NCBI RefSeq assembly: GCF_964355755.1
Contig: NC_092670.1
Location: 23,918,795 to 23,982,794 of the forward strand
From: Antedon mediterranea
Taxonomy: Eukaryota > Animalia > Echinodermata
Length of the DNA stretch: 64,000 nt
Reading direction: 5' to 3'
A model generated the notes under the pieces. That model was not told where the DNA came from. It saw only the letters and a list, made by a program, of their open reading frames with translations, and did no database searches. This document shows, piece after piece, positions 51,101-64,000 of this stretch. Position numbers and translations under genes: made by a program. Position 1 is the stretch's first letter; each line of letters starts with the position of its first letter.

Positions 51101-54100
51101 TGGTTTGACATTTGTCAGTCAAATGAGAAATTAATTACGTCAATAATGGAGTGTTAGCTAAACGTCATAAATTACGTCAGAGATGGTTTCTGCAGAGAGC
51201 AGAAAAATAAGATACCAAAAAACTTATCAATTTGGTAAGAATTAAAGAGAACAGTAGGGCCTAAGTCTAGGCATATTTTTCACGATAAGCAAAATCACCA
51301 TGACAAACAGAGATAATACATTTATAAAGAAAAAGTTAACAGTTTCCTTTTATCTTTAATATAAGGATATTTTATGAAGGTTACACAATTTACACGATAA
51401 TTTTAATATTAACAAGTAAAATAAAAGATTCATACGGTACCTACTTTGAACCAAAGACGCATTGTATTGGATTAGAAAATGCAATTGAGATATTCCACTT
51501 TCCAAAGTCTGTATCCCGAAACAAATCCAAATTGATCCATGTGATTTTGTTCTTTGTGTTTACCTTTGTTAATCACCTGAATTTATGCACTTGTTTCTAC
51601 CTCCATTAGGAAATAACTAAAAAATATGAGACCTACATTTTGAATCCAAAGATTAGTAATAAGCCGATTGGAGAGCAACTGCTGGGAAGATGAATTTCTT
51701 ACTCTTGAATCAAAATTCCATAATAAATAATTTTTGTAGGTTTTAGTATAAGACTGTGTTCATTTAAAACATGTTCATTACTTACCGTCGATAAGATATA
51801 AACTATATCTTTAATCCGTCACCTAGAAAAAGAAGTCTTTGTGGGTTTTATTGAGATTTTAACCAGCCTATTAGTGGAGATGATTCGCTGTTGGTCTGGA
51901 ATGAAATAAAGAAGAAAGAATTAAATAAAAATTAAAATATCTTTCTATTGACCTGTACTTCATACTTTTTTATTTACGTGTTATATGCTTTTATCGTAAT
52001 TTATATTTTGCGAAATTTCTAACAAATACAATACACCTGATTATATATTGAATATTCGAGATGATTTCCCGAATGATCGTTAAATCAAGTAGAAATTATA
52101 TTTCCTCCGTGGTCAAATCAAGGCGATAAGGGTTTTGTCTAATCTGTCATCAATTTATAGAAGCACTGATAAGAAAGTTTAAAGTTTATCTGGTAATGAC
52201 ATAATATAGAATGAACCTGGCATGATTAAACTTCGACTTTAATTACGCGGTGATTGCCAGTGTGATTTCGTAATTTTGTTTTGAGATTAAATTAATGTAT
52301 TTTTATGAAAATCTAATCTTTTTTTTGTTGACCAAAGTCGTTTAATGTGATTTTCAATTCAATACATTTCACATATAATAATAAAATACACTTTGCACTA
52401 CTATATTAAACGTTATAAACGATCCATATGATAACCGTAGTAAAAATTAATTTTTAAATATAAAAAATCAAATATTTAAATATTTAACTGTTTATAACAA
52501 AGTACGATAATGTATTACATCTTTTGACTAAGAATAATAATAATTAATATTATTATTATAAATCACAAAAAGCAACTACTAATAAAATGTTATATTTTAC
52601 AAAAGGCAATCAATAGTGTCAATGCCTTTTGTATCTTGGAATTCTTTGAACGTAAGGTTTGTAGGACAGGAAGGCAAACTAATCCTTACCTATCACTTGT
52701 GTTAAAACGTTGAAAAAAAGCACGATTAAATACATCAACGTTGCCAGCGTTAATGGACACTAAAAACGGATATTGTTGGAAAGGTGTCTTCGTAAATGTA
52801 TTGTTATTCACTATAGAAAGGTGATTGAATGCTAGGTGAATGTTTCAAGAAATTTTACTAACTTTCATATATTCTCCCATACACGTCTTATATTTCACAC
52901 ATTTCCAATTCCTTGTGCTGTAACCAACTATTGTTAGAAATGTGTACAGGTATTGGTAAATTATAAGAAAGTATAAGGTAAGTATTCATATAAAGTTTAT
53001 TGAAGTGAAGGAATGTTGATGACGAAGGAAATCAGATGTCTACCGAGTTTCTTCTCCCATACACGTCTTTATTAAGCACATTTCCAAATTCCATTTCCGC
53101 AATCAATATTAATCTATTTCTGATACATACTTTCTATCATTTATTAGGCATGTTTTGTTAAGGGCTACCTTCAAAATTAATGCAACCACTGCTCAGTTAT
53201 TTCTGTACCAATAAAATCATAAAATCTATAATACGTTCTGTCAGGTTTAGTATAAATTATAGCGGTGAGTTATATAACTGAAGTAATTATGTAAAATATT
53301 TATTTTAAAATTATCACTTAAAAGTCAGCAGTCGAGGTTCACATCTTAAATCTTTGGAGCAAGCTTCCGCTGAGACATTTAATGATATATTCATTATCTA
53401 ATGACTGTACATTCAAGATTTGCCTTTCAATAACGTCAATAACAACCAAATGAAATTGTTTGTGACGTTAAGCCGTTGATCCTTTGTATACAACGACGTG
53501 CAGGTACGGGCGCAGCGAGTTGCAGACTTGCCAGGTGTATGCCTAACCTGTACTTCCTATTTCATCCACTCTGTCTGCGTTTAAATGGCAGTTGAATATG
53601 ATTCATTACTTTTATTAAGCAGTAATTTTAATGTTATATCATTTTCATAAGTTGAGTATGTAAAGGAAATGGTTTTGTAATCTGCATCTGACAGAAAGAG
53701 GATTTGAAAAATATTATATGAAGTTATTTAATACAGGTGGGTATACAGCACATCTCGGTGGATCTCGATACTAGCAGATCTTGTAGAGTATAGTAATGCC
53801 CATTAGGCCTAGTATCTTGTAAATATTTATACTATTGCCATCCACCAAATAATCGTAACGTAACAAATAAAATGAAAATAAAATGAATTACAGGTTCTGG
53901 GTTGTAGAATACTGACGACAAAGACATACGCAAATAACATACGATAATAATAAGCTGAGAAATATTAAAATCTCGTATCTCGGTAGACATCTGATTTCCT
54001 TCAAGATTCATTGTATTTTTTCCTCTGAACTTTTTTTTAATACTATATCGATTTTTTAACAATCCACACACCAACGAATTAATAATCCTTTAAATCACGT

Positions 54101-54354
54101 AAAATTAACTTACCGACTGTACTATTTAGAAATTCTGCAATTAATACATTGTATTTCATAGTCATATCGATCGGCTGTCGTCGCACCAGCATTGCTTTAT
54201 AATGAATAGAATGAAAGGTCATTATTGGAAGCCATGTTCTATAGTTCCTTCGGCATTATTGATAAGTCTCGTTTCTAAACACGTATAAATCAGGTGTTTT
54301 AATGTAAATTTAATATCAATGTTAACAATGATTATAATGTATAGTCTCACGTGT

Positions 54355-57262
54355 TAGTACAGTCACATATGTAAGGAAAACTAGCTCCAGCTCGATATTT
54401 GTGCCAAAATAGATTTTATTGGCTAACTTTGTTATTCTTGAGTTGCTGAATTAAAAAAAGTTAGCTGCCATTTTTTTCGACCACTCCTTCAGCCGCCATT
54501 TTGTATTTCAAAATGGCCGACATTTCACACTAAACTTTGTCATCCATGGTATCATCGGAAAGGGAATGTAATACTGATTATTTTATCCCATTACATCTAT
54601 ATCATAAAATGCATAGTTACATAGTTATTTAACAATAAAACAAGTCACGTGACAAATAAAGGTTAAAAGGTCAACATTTTAATTTTCTCAAATATTTTAC
54701 TGTTTGGTATCGTAGGATAGCTTTTTTTTATTCTGAATACATTTTTACTAATATCTATTCGGTTTTCCTTTGTTTATTGTCATAATTTTCCAATTATGTA
54801 AATAAACTGTTTTTAAATGTACAATAAAAAAGGTCTCCTTAGTATTAAGATAAATACGGTTTTTCTTAATTTATCTGGTTATAATAACAATTTCAGTGTG
54901 TGAAAATACTTTAGTATAAGTTTAGTTTAACTATCAAGATCCTCGATATGCCCGGTTTTCGCATTGCAAGTAAAAAACAAGATCAAACAACCATTGCTTT
55001 GCAGGTAAATTAGTTGCAACGCAAACATGATCTCGGAGGTAAAGTAATTGATTTTAGTACCTTTATTTGAGCAAGTTCATACAACTACTACGGCAGAAAC
55101 GTAACTTTGGAAAGTAATTTAGATTTCTCTTAATTCTGCTAGTTAATGTAGTTTTATTTATAACTATATCCAGTGCAGTGGCGTCTATGTTGTTTTTTTT
55201 TCAAACATGGTGTTCTGCCAATAGCATGGTTGCATGTTGTAAGCCTAGGGCCTATATATATAAAGTAAATCGATAAAAAAGTTGTTGCTTATTTAAATTA
55301 ATTTATGTACACATTCTTATATTATATGTATTGGATATCTGTGTGACCATAAAGGCAGGATAGAAAATAGCTCATCTATACTGTGTATAAGTAGTCGAAT
55401 AATCTTCCACCGTTTCAGATGATAACATAATTATTGAATATACAATTAAATCGATGGCATATGCTCATACTCATAAGAATACAAATACTAATAACAAACG
55501 GATACAATGGGATCATGCCCAAGAACAATAAAATAATGATAATTCAAAACGCATCGATGACTGAAAAGCCGATTCCATCCCCTACCGGTGTGTGGTCGCA
55601 CTTCACTCTTTAAAAAAACCCCACTGCATTTTTAATAAATAGAACTTAGACATGCAGTAAAAGTAACAAAATTAAAATACAAATTTATAAAAGGGAATTC
55701 AATAACATAAATCGTTATATACGGTACATATTTATAAAGTGTCTGTAGTTAAAAGATTTCGTTTTTCTCAAACTAATTTGAATATTATTGCTAGAAAGTG
55801 GATATTGTTTCCCTTTTTTCCGATAAGTTCTTAGTATAGTATAGTTTGATTAATTATTCTATGTGACTTTTGATAATAACAACGTATAGTTAGGATTTAT
55901 ATTGCAATAATCACAAACCATACGTAAAAATCAAAGGGAATTTTTTGGACGTTAAAAATACCGTAATTCGTTTCTTTACAATATCGATTGGTAGTTTGTA
56001 AAGGTAGTAAAGGCAGCAGTAGGACACTTACTTTTCTTTATTACATGTAAACTTTATTTGAGGAAAACTAATTGATCTTAAATTTTTTTTTCATTCTTAA
56101 GATTTTTTCACATATAATAATATCAAATGCAAATATTCTGTTTGCTGCACTTCATCTGACGTTCAAAGAGAAAGGGAAAGACATGCCAATTAACATTGGC
56201 ATTGTGCACAGATGGCTTTATATTGTGTGGTACCCGCTTTGACAAAAATACAAATGATTTTGAACGCTACGCAAATGATACCGTGAACCGTAGCATTTTT
56301 TTTCTTTTTACCAAAAGCAGAAATGTAAACTACTAAAAATAAAATAGATTCAGAATTTAAAAAGCTATCCAACGAAACAAAGCAAAGATGTGCTTTGACA
56401 ACAGTTTATTTCACCTTTGTTCACGGACTAAAGTTATTTTGATTTTAAATTAAATAACTCGGAAACTTGACATTGAAGTTGAGTGTAATTCAGTACCGTA
56501 CGGTACTTATTTAGTATTTGGATATAATATAAAACATATAAATGGACAATGAGAAAGTCGAAAGAAAATCAAACAAACATTTGATTGAATTGTAAAACCA
56601 ATAAGAAAAACCGTATTTATCTTAATATGAAGGAGACTACTTTTTTCATTGTTAAAATGAGTATAGCAAGGCATTTAATGAATAGGCAAACTGCCTTAAA
56701 ATGTGACATGTTTCGAGAAACTATTCTCATCATCAGAAGAACAGAGAACAACGCCTAAAGTACTTATATACCAATAGAATAGGTTGTATGTAAATAAATA
56801 AAACAAGGCAAATTTAAAAACAATTTATTTACATAATTGGAAAATTATGACAATAAACAAAGTAAAATAGAATAGATATTAGTAAACCTGTATTCAAAAT
56901 AAAAAGATCTATCCAACGATACCAAACAGTACAGTATTTTGGTGAAATTGCATTTTAACCTTTTGACCTTTATTGGTCACGTGATTTGTTTAATTTCGCA
57001 ATTACTATGTAACTATGCGTTTATTGATATAGGTGTAATGGAATAAAATAATCAATATTACATTCCCTTTCCAATGATACCATGGATGACCAACTTTAGG
57101 GTGGAACATCGGCCATTTTGAAATACAAAATGGCGGCTAAAGGAGTGGTCGAAAAAAATGGCACCTAACTTTTTTGGATTCAGCATCTCAAGAATAACAA
57201 AGTTAGCTAAAAAATCTATTTTGGCACAAATATCGAGCTGGAAGACTTAATAGCCCGTACTA
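54355..57262. mobile_element. 2.9-kb non-autonomous DNA transposon with ~460-510-bp imperfect TIRs (Academ-like)
   Basis: tgt|TAGTAC ... GTACTA|tgt (3-bp TSD); 54355-54818 is the reverse complement of 56812-57262, with a further match 54833-54868/56602-56637; no transposase ORF inside. Confidence 0.8.
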
Positions 57263-57280
57263 TGTAGTTAATTAGTATCT

Positions 57281-59020
57281 TTGCCGGCTATAGTTATTAC
57301 TGGGATTGACTGGGATGATATGGTTCATGAGGACGACAGTTCTGAATATTTAGCTGCCAAATTTGAAAGTGTGCTTAAGGAAACCTACGAAAAGTCTTTT
57401 CCTTCAGTAGTTATTCGTGTCAGAGACAATGATAAACCTTGGTTTAATCAAAGTATTAAAAAAATGATTGAGAAAAGACATCGTGCTTATCGAAAGGGTA
57501 ACCAATCAAGATACCGTCATTTTAGAAGGCTTGTTCGTTCTGAAGTAAGATTGGCAAAATCAAACTTCTATAAAGAATCTATATCTTCTCTTAGGAAAAT
57601 TGAGCCCCAGAAGTGGCACAAGAAAGTGCAGAGGATTGCTGGAAAATCAAAACCGCAATCTGCACTTCTTGAACCTGGTGGTGACCCTGATGTTGTTGTA
57701 AATGTTGTCAACAAACATTTTGCTAGGATTTGTTCTTTTTTACCTGCATTAGATTTGCGAAATTTACCTGCCTTTCTTCCGTCTGTTAAGCCCCCTGTTA
57801 TTTTTCCTGGGCAAGTTTTTAAAATATTAAAGGGCATTAATGTGAATAAATCAAGGCATCCTCGTGATATACCTCTCCGATTAATTAAGGAATTTGCCTT
57901 AGAACTTGCCCAACCTCTCGCTAAAATATTGAATTGTTGCCTCAAGAATAATAATTTCCCATCTATCTGGAAGAATGCCATCATTACTCCTGTACCCAAA
58001 AAGCCAAAGGCTTCTACACCTAATGAACATAGGCCTATATCCATCACGCCTGTTTTTGGTAGAATTTTTGAGAGCTTCCTTTCTGATTGGATAGCTACTG
58101 ATTTCAGACCTCGTATGGATTCCCAACAGTTTGGAAATGCGAAGGGTTCATCACCGACTCATTACCTTGTTCAACTCTGTAATAGGCTTCTGTCAGGATT
58201 AGATAGCTCAGGAATGTATGGTACTATTTGTGCCATAGACTTTAGTAAAGCCTTTGACCGGGTCAACCATTCAATTCTGATTGACAAATTAATTGGTCTT
58301 AATATCATGCCCTCTCTCATTCCAACGGTGTGTAGCTTCCTCTCGCAAAGAAATCAGTGTGTGCGGTTGGGCGGTTCAGTCTCAGCGCCAGAACCAATTT
58401 CGTGCGGAGTGCCTCAGGGTACTAAATTAGGCCCAATCCTATTTACTATCATGGTTAATAATTTGCTCAACAACTGAAGATGAAGATAGTTCGATTCAAA
58501 GCAACCTTGATGCTCTTTCCAGTTGGTGTGTGGAGAATGATGCAACACCAAATCCTGTAAAGTTTCAAGTGATGCGTGTTCATTTTTTGCGTAATGTTCC
58601 CCAATTTGAGCCGTTACAAATGGATGGTGTTATACTCGAAGAATCCCAGAGTGTGAAACTTCTTGGAGTGCATCTGCAAAGTGACCTCAAGTGGGACAAG
58701 CAGATTAAAGAAGTCGTTTCCAGGGCATCACGTCGTCTATATATGCTATACATTCTGAAGCGTTTTGGAGCCCCAAAGGATGATCTGGTTTTCACTTTTA
58801 TAACATACATTCGTCCTTTACTTGAGTATGCCAGTCCTCTTTGGCATAGCTCGATCACCAATAAACAGAGTGATCAACTTGAATTCATCCAAAAGCGTGT
58901 TGTAAAACTTATTATTGGATATCAAAACTATGTTAGTTACGCAAAATCACTTGAAACCCTCAAGTTAAAGACATTGCAGCATAGACGTCAGGTTCTTCTT
59001 CATAACTTTGGAAAGTTTGG
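57281..59020 (+). mobile_element. 5'-truncated CR1/L2-group LINE, RT region with internal deletion
   Basis: KPWFN, FPSIWKNAIITPVPKK, RPISITP, DFSKAFDRVNH, GVPQGTKLGPILF, VKLLGV, YIRPLLEYASPLW, LEFIQKR; frame breaks at 58477. Confidence 0.9.
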
Positions 59021-59653
59021 AATTTTGTGGAATTTTTATTGTACTTTTAGTTTAATGAATTTTAAATATATTTTATTGGTGTATAAAAATAATGTGATTA
59101 TTAATATTAGTCTCTATTTTTTAAAATTGTAAATATTTAAGAATGTGTGCATTTTTTATAATTTTAAGTTTAACGAATTATACAGTAATTATTACTGTTT
59201 CATAGGCTTTAATGTGTTTTTTCTTCGTTTAACTTTGTTTATGTGAATTATCATTTTCATATGTAAGCTCTTCATTTCAACTATGAGTTGTATTTTGAGT
59301 TTTTTTATACCGATTAAATAAAAAATAAATAAAAAATACAACGACTTCCGTGATATAATGTAACTTTGAGTGGGCTTAATTATCTGTTTAATCATAGAGA
59401 TATTATAGTTCACTCTATGGTTTAATTTAAAGAGGCCGACTGCATTTCAGTTGCCGTTACTCATTATATTACGACATTCTCGCGCGCTGTGTTATGTTTT
59501 TACGTACGTATAAGCTGTATTATAGTAGCTCTAGCATTTAGTAATAATAAAAATGTTAGCTTGACTCTCATATAGTATTCTTGTTCAAATCCGTATCTGA
59601 TGGCATAGAAAAAGGGAAAAGTTCTTTTTTTTTTAAATCCTGTATTACTTTTA

Positions 59654-59950
59654 GTACATAGTTTATTTCAAGTTTCCTTGTACTGTAAATAGACCTATTG
59701 TTAAATCTTTTTTTTTAAACTTTTATTTTACTTACTCTTTTATGAACCCACCTTCATTCAAGAAGTGTGACATTGTTTCAAAAGTATTAATTTTGTTAAT
59801 GCTATTTTTTTTATATCTTGTACATAATTTAGTTTAAGTTTCCTTGTACTGTAAATAGGCCTATTGTTAAATCATGTTTTTTTCTCTAAGTTTTGTTTTA
59901 CTTACTCTGGACGCACTCATTCAAAGAAGTGTGCCACTGTTTCAAAAGTG
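59654..59950. repeat. Diverged two-copy direct duplication (period ~167 bp)
   Basis: aagtttccttgtactgtaaatag.cctattgttaaatc ... agaagtgtg..a.tgtttcaaaagt occurs twice. Confidence 0.75.
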
Positions 59951-62675
59951 TAGCTCCCAAATACATTATTATTGTTATTACTACATATACATAATAGTAA
60001 TACACTTTGACCAAAAATTGGATCTAAACAAAATTTATTTACTTGCAAAAACTGTAATTTAAAGCAAAAAATAGTCAAATTGGCAGCCAGACAGTCAATG
60101 GATTATGTTGAATTTAACCATTTATTTTGTTATTTTATAAGTGAAAACATTTTTTTTTTCTTTTTTTTTCTACAGAAGTGATTAACTTTATTAAAACTAC
60201 AAAATAACCTATTCAAAGTCTGGTTTAATTAATCTTCATTTTTCATGTTTTTATGCGACAATACACCTTTAAACAGCACATACGATGTATGCAAAACCAA
60301 AACTTTCAAGATTGAGAAACATTGATATTTCAAATATTCGTCACTAGATAGATTCTAACTGGCTATTGCAAGTCATCTGTAAATGAGTTTCTATATATGT
60401 ATAGAACACTTTTGATTATTTTTCTCTGTCAGTAGGTTCTAGTCTATCTGCAGAAAATGTATAAAATGAACATACATTTTCTACAGATTTGGGTGGCTTT
60501 TTGTTTAAGATTACTTGATTGAAAAACAATAAAATGCTTGAAACGGGAAGGATGGTTGATTTAAACAATTTTTATCTTAGTATTTGTGTTCTTAATCTCA
60601 TTCATAATTGTTCAACTTCTATTTTACAGGATAGTATAGTAATACATTTATGGAATGTATTTACCCATGTACGTATATAGATTGAAATTATTCTAATTTC
60701 AAATGCCGAAATAGGATGTTGTTTGAATGAGCTGTTTCTTGAAATTAGCAGACTATAGTTCACACTGAGGTTATTGTTTTTAAACATCTGCTGGCAGGAA
60801 TGTTTTAGTTGAAGTTCGCGTTATTAGAGAGAATGTTATTTCGGAAAGAGTTTAATTTATGGTACTATTGAACCCACTCGGTTACTTTGTTCATTACGTG
60901 AGTAATTGATTGCATCTTTTATTAGGCATCTAATTCTTTACACTCACAAGTTGTTGTAAAATAGAATTAACTTCATCGTTTAATGTGTAAGATTAAATCT
61001 ATATCTACATTTATCAATTGAGTGTTTGCTAATACCACGAGCTACAAGAATATATAGCTTCGGTTTAAAGCAATTCATCATTTTAAATATATGTATATAT
61101 AAAGAAACCGTCGAGCAATGATTCTGAGGATGCCATTTCGGAGGATGGAAACGTCTACTGGACCGAGATCGGAAGTCTAATTCACACGAAATGGTATGAT
61201 GAGCAGAATTTATAGTTCGCTGTATACGCATGCGCAATAGAGATTATACATAAGTAAGAAAATCTTCTGTAGCCTAAATTGTGTATTTTTAAGAAGCAAC
61301 AATGTGGAATACGATGTGGTTACCCCGATTATATTTAAACCTTACAACCACTATACAAACTAATATAATCTTTATCATGCTTAAATAGATTTATTCGGAG
61401 AACAGGCTCACCAATCAAATCTATAATTTGTCAGATTCAGAAATATAAATTGAGAATTACCCTTCCATAATTACAATGAATCAATCAATTACTTACACCA
61501 GTATAACAAGTAAAATATGTTAGGGAGCTGTTTTTAAATCTAGACACATCGCGCTTGATTTCACAATGTACATGCAATTACTTATTAATTAATTTAATTT
61601 GTGTGTACATATTGTATACGGGTAGTTGGCTCATTTGAGTTTCAGCAATATACAGTAATTTCCTTAACCTGCCCCTGTCCAACATTTATAATGTTCACAT
61701 ATTCACCAATTAAACGAGCCATCAACGAATAGTATGACCAAACACATTTAAAGCAAATTGTTCGAATGACATTGTTTCTATTTGAAAATTCGCATCTGAT
61801 ATTCATTCTGTAATTACTTTCTGTCTCAAATACGAACGTCTAAATGCGAAATTAATCGCCACGAAGCGGTATTTCGTAATTTAAAACAACAAAGAGAAAA
61901 ATATGTTTTTGTTGTAACCTCCTACAGATAATTGTGACGCTGGCGCACAGAATAGCTTTCTAAAAACATAGGTTAATTAATGTTGTGACATTCGTTGCAA
62001 TTCACTATATATTTCACTAAATTGCATTGTGAATGGTAATGTGTGTTTATCATCGTGATTTCTCAAATAAAAAGAATACTTAAATTAAGGCAAAGTGCAG
62101 TGGGGTAATATGTTTCCATTTTGTTTTTCTTATTTGAAATTGCCATGGGAAACAAATTGCATTTTAAAATGCTTCACGTAGATACTTGAAAGTCGATCAT
62201 TCACGTGATAATAAATAATTATATATTGAATTTTTATTTATTAACCTACTAATATGTGTAGATCTACTTGAGAATACTTCTCAAGTCGTCGGTAATTATA
62301 ACGATGCCACAAAACACTGTGGTCACTTTCGTAGAGATTGTTTAAGATAAAAACAGAAAGACTCGCTGTTCTGTTCAGAATGATTTAATGTGTTTACGGT
62401 GTTTTCAGAAGAAATCCTTATTTCGTGTTTGTCATCTAAATAATACAATTACAAACTTGACAGAAGAGCAAAACAAAAAGCAGGCTATAATTTTAAAGAC
62501 TTGTTCACATGGCAGGTTTAATCAGTGTGTGCAACACGTTTCTTTCAATAACTAGTCATTATTTTTCTAGTTGTTTACCTGATGTTTTAACTCTTACTGG
62601 CATTAATCTCACCATGCCTTCGTCTGTTTTAGTTTGTAATGTTTAGAGCTTACAATGTACAATTCCCTCGTCATG

Positions 62676-63160
62676 AATGTAGCAAGCGATTGAATGTTTT
62701 AGAACTTGCAAAGTACATTACCCTGCGTTGAAATGTAGCAAGCGATTGACTGTTTTAGAACTTGCAAAGTCGGCCTACGATACACTACCTTGCTCTTTCT
62801 GAAATGTAGCAAGCGATCGACTGTTTTATAACTTGCAATGTCGGCCTACAATACAATACCCTGCGTTGAAATGTAGCATGTGATCATATGTTTTAGAACT
62901 TGCAAAGTTATGCCTATAACGCTGTCGTGAATTGTAGCAAGCGATCGTCTTACTATGTACAATACGCTCTCATATGAATTTTAGCAAGCGATCGTCTTGC
63001 TATACAATCTTATCTATACTATCTTATTTAAAATGTAGCAAACGATTGTCTGTTTTATAATGTGCTATGAATACTTTCTCTAATAGGAATTGTAGCAAGC
63101 GATCGTTTCTTTTAGAATTATTTACTATGGACACAATAAGCTTGGAATGTAACAATTTCA
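62676..63160. repeat. Tandem array of 8-9 units with conserved ~19-bp head and variable remainder (47-71-bp period)
   Basis: gaaatgtagcaagcgatcg-like heads at 62676, 62730, 62801, 62868, 62929, 62976, 63031, 63087. Confidence 0.85.
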
Positions 63161-64000
63161 ATATTCTCTCATAATTCTGTAACCAAAGCGTGTCAGAAGC
63201 AGCGGAAGAAATAACCCCTTTATTTTAAGGATCAGGCGGTTTATCTGACAAGATTGTTTAAAGTAAAGGCGTACTCTGTATATCTTATTTTAGATTTTAC
63301 CTTCAAATAAATGTCAACTAATATCCTAACATTTAGCTAATACAGATTAATGTTTGTACATTAGGCTTACAACTCGCGAGCGAATGTACTATTTCTAACC
63401 TCATTTTATTAAAGAGCATCTTATTAAACATTGGTGAAAGTTCAAGCAAATTTGTAGAAAACGCTTGATACATTATGTCATTTCTAGAAATGAAAGTTTT
63501 GATTACAATTGTGTTGTCTTTTTAAAATTAGTATACATTGTGTATAGAAAGCCAAATCCACCAAATTCATTCTTAGTGAATTTGTCTTTCCAACTTCTGT
63601 GCAACATGATTCAAAACAATCTGGAAATATGTCTTCTTTCAAAAAATGAATTAAAAAATATATATTGGTTTTCTCTCCAATAATTAATATACAGTAAAAT
63701 ACAGAGGACTCCTTTGGGACCAATATAGGATGTCACTGAAAAGGAGTTGGTCGCAGTGTTATTGCTCTTTTTTTCTCAGGTTAGTGTCCCCTGAAGGAAT
63801 CAAATTGTTGCATTCTGGTGGGTTGTTACATTACTAAAACGCGATACTAACATTCTGTCTATTTTCATTATACTGTATATTGCTTTTTTTGTTTGTTTGC
63901 AAAATGAATGTCTTATAATCTTAAACAGAAACACATCCTTAATCGTTAATTTTTTTTCAATACATACCGTCTGAACAGATGCTGTTTTTGTTTTGTATGT

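Noticed and set aside
54355-57262. Polinton/Maverick
   Set aside because: Too small, no PolB/integrase/capsid ORFs, and the TSD is 3 bp rather than 6 bp.
57568-58861. Minus-strand ORFs (75-159 aa)
   Set aside because: Antisense shadows of the CR1/L2 RT.
62676-63160. Type II CRISPR array (gttttagaac resembles GTTTTAGAGC)
   Set aside because: Repeats are degenerate, spacers are mutually related and irregular, and no cas or tracr locus is visible.

Overview
AT-rich animal genomic DNA with GT-AG introns and no prokaryotic features. The repeat content suggests a marine invertebrate, possibly an echinoderm, but this is not provable from the sequence. The first ~29 kb hold two intact tandem paralogs of a FOXRED2-like flavin-dependent oxidoreductase on the + strand. 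Each has 10 coding exons with identical intron phases. Copy A spans 1733-14010 (~654 aa) and copy B spans 18297-28751 (~642 aa). The remaining ~35 kb have no recognisable host gene. They contain a near full-length but disabled RTE-type LINE with a 12-bp target-site duplication, a 2.9-kb non-autonomous long-TIR element (Academ-like), a truncated CR1/L2-type LINE, many MITEs and several tandem arrays. The most notable signals are: (i) three separate Penelope-type inverted-repeat relics in copy A, each carrying a minimal hammerhead-ribozyme or variant core, one being a 164-bp near-perfect hairpin around a GIY-YIG remnant; (ii) exon-restricted homogenisation between the paralogs although their introns are unalignable; (iii) a duplicated out-of-frame decoy acceptor before exon 3; (iv) a 33-bp satellite with 3-mer/6-mer higher-order structure; (v) a repeat-plus-variable-spacer array near the right end.
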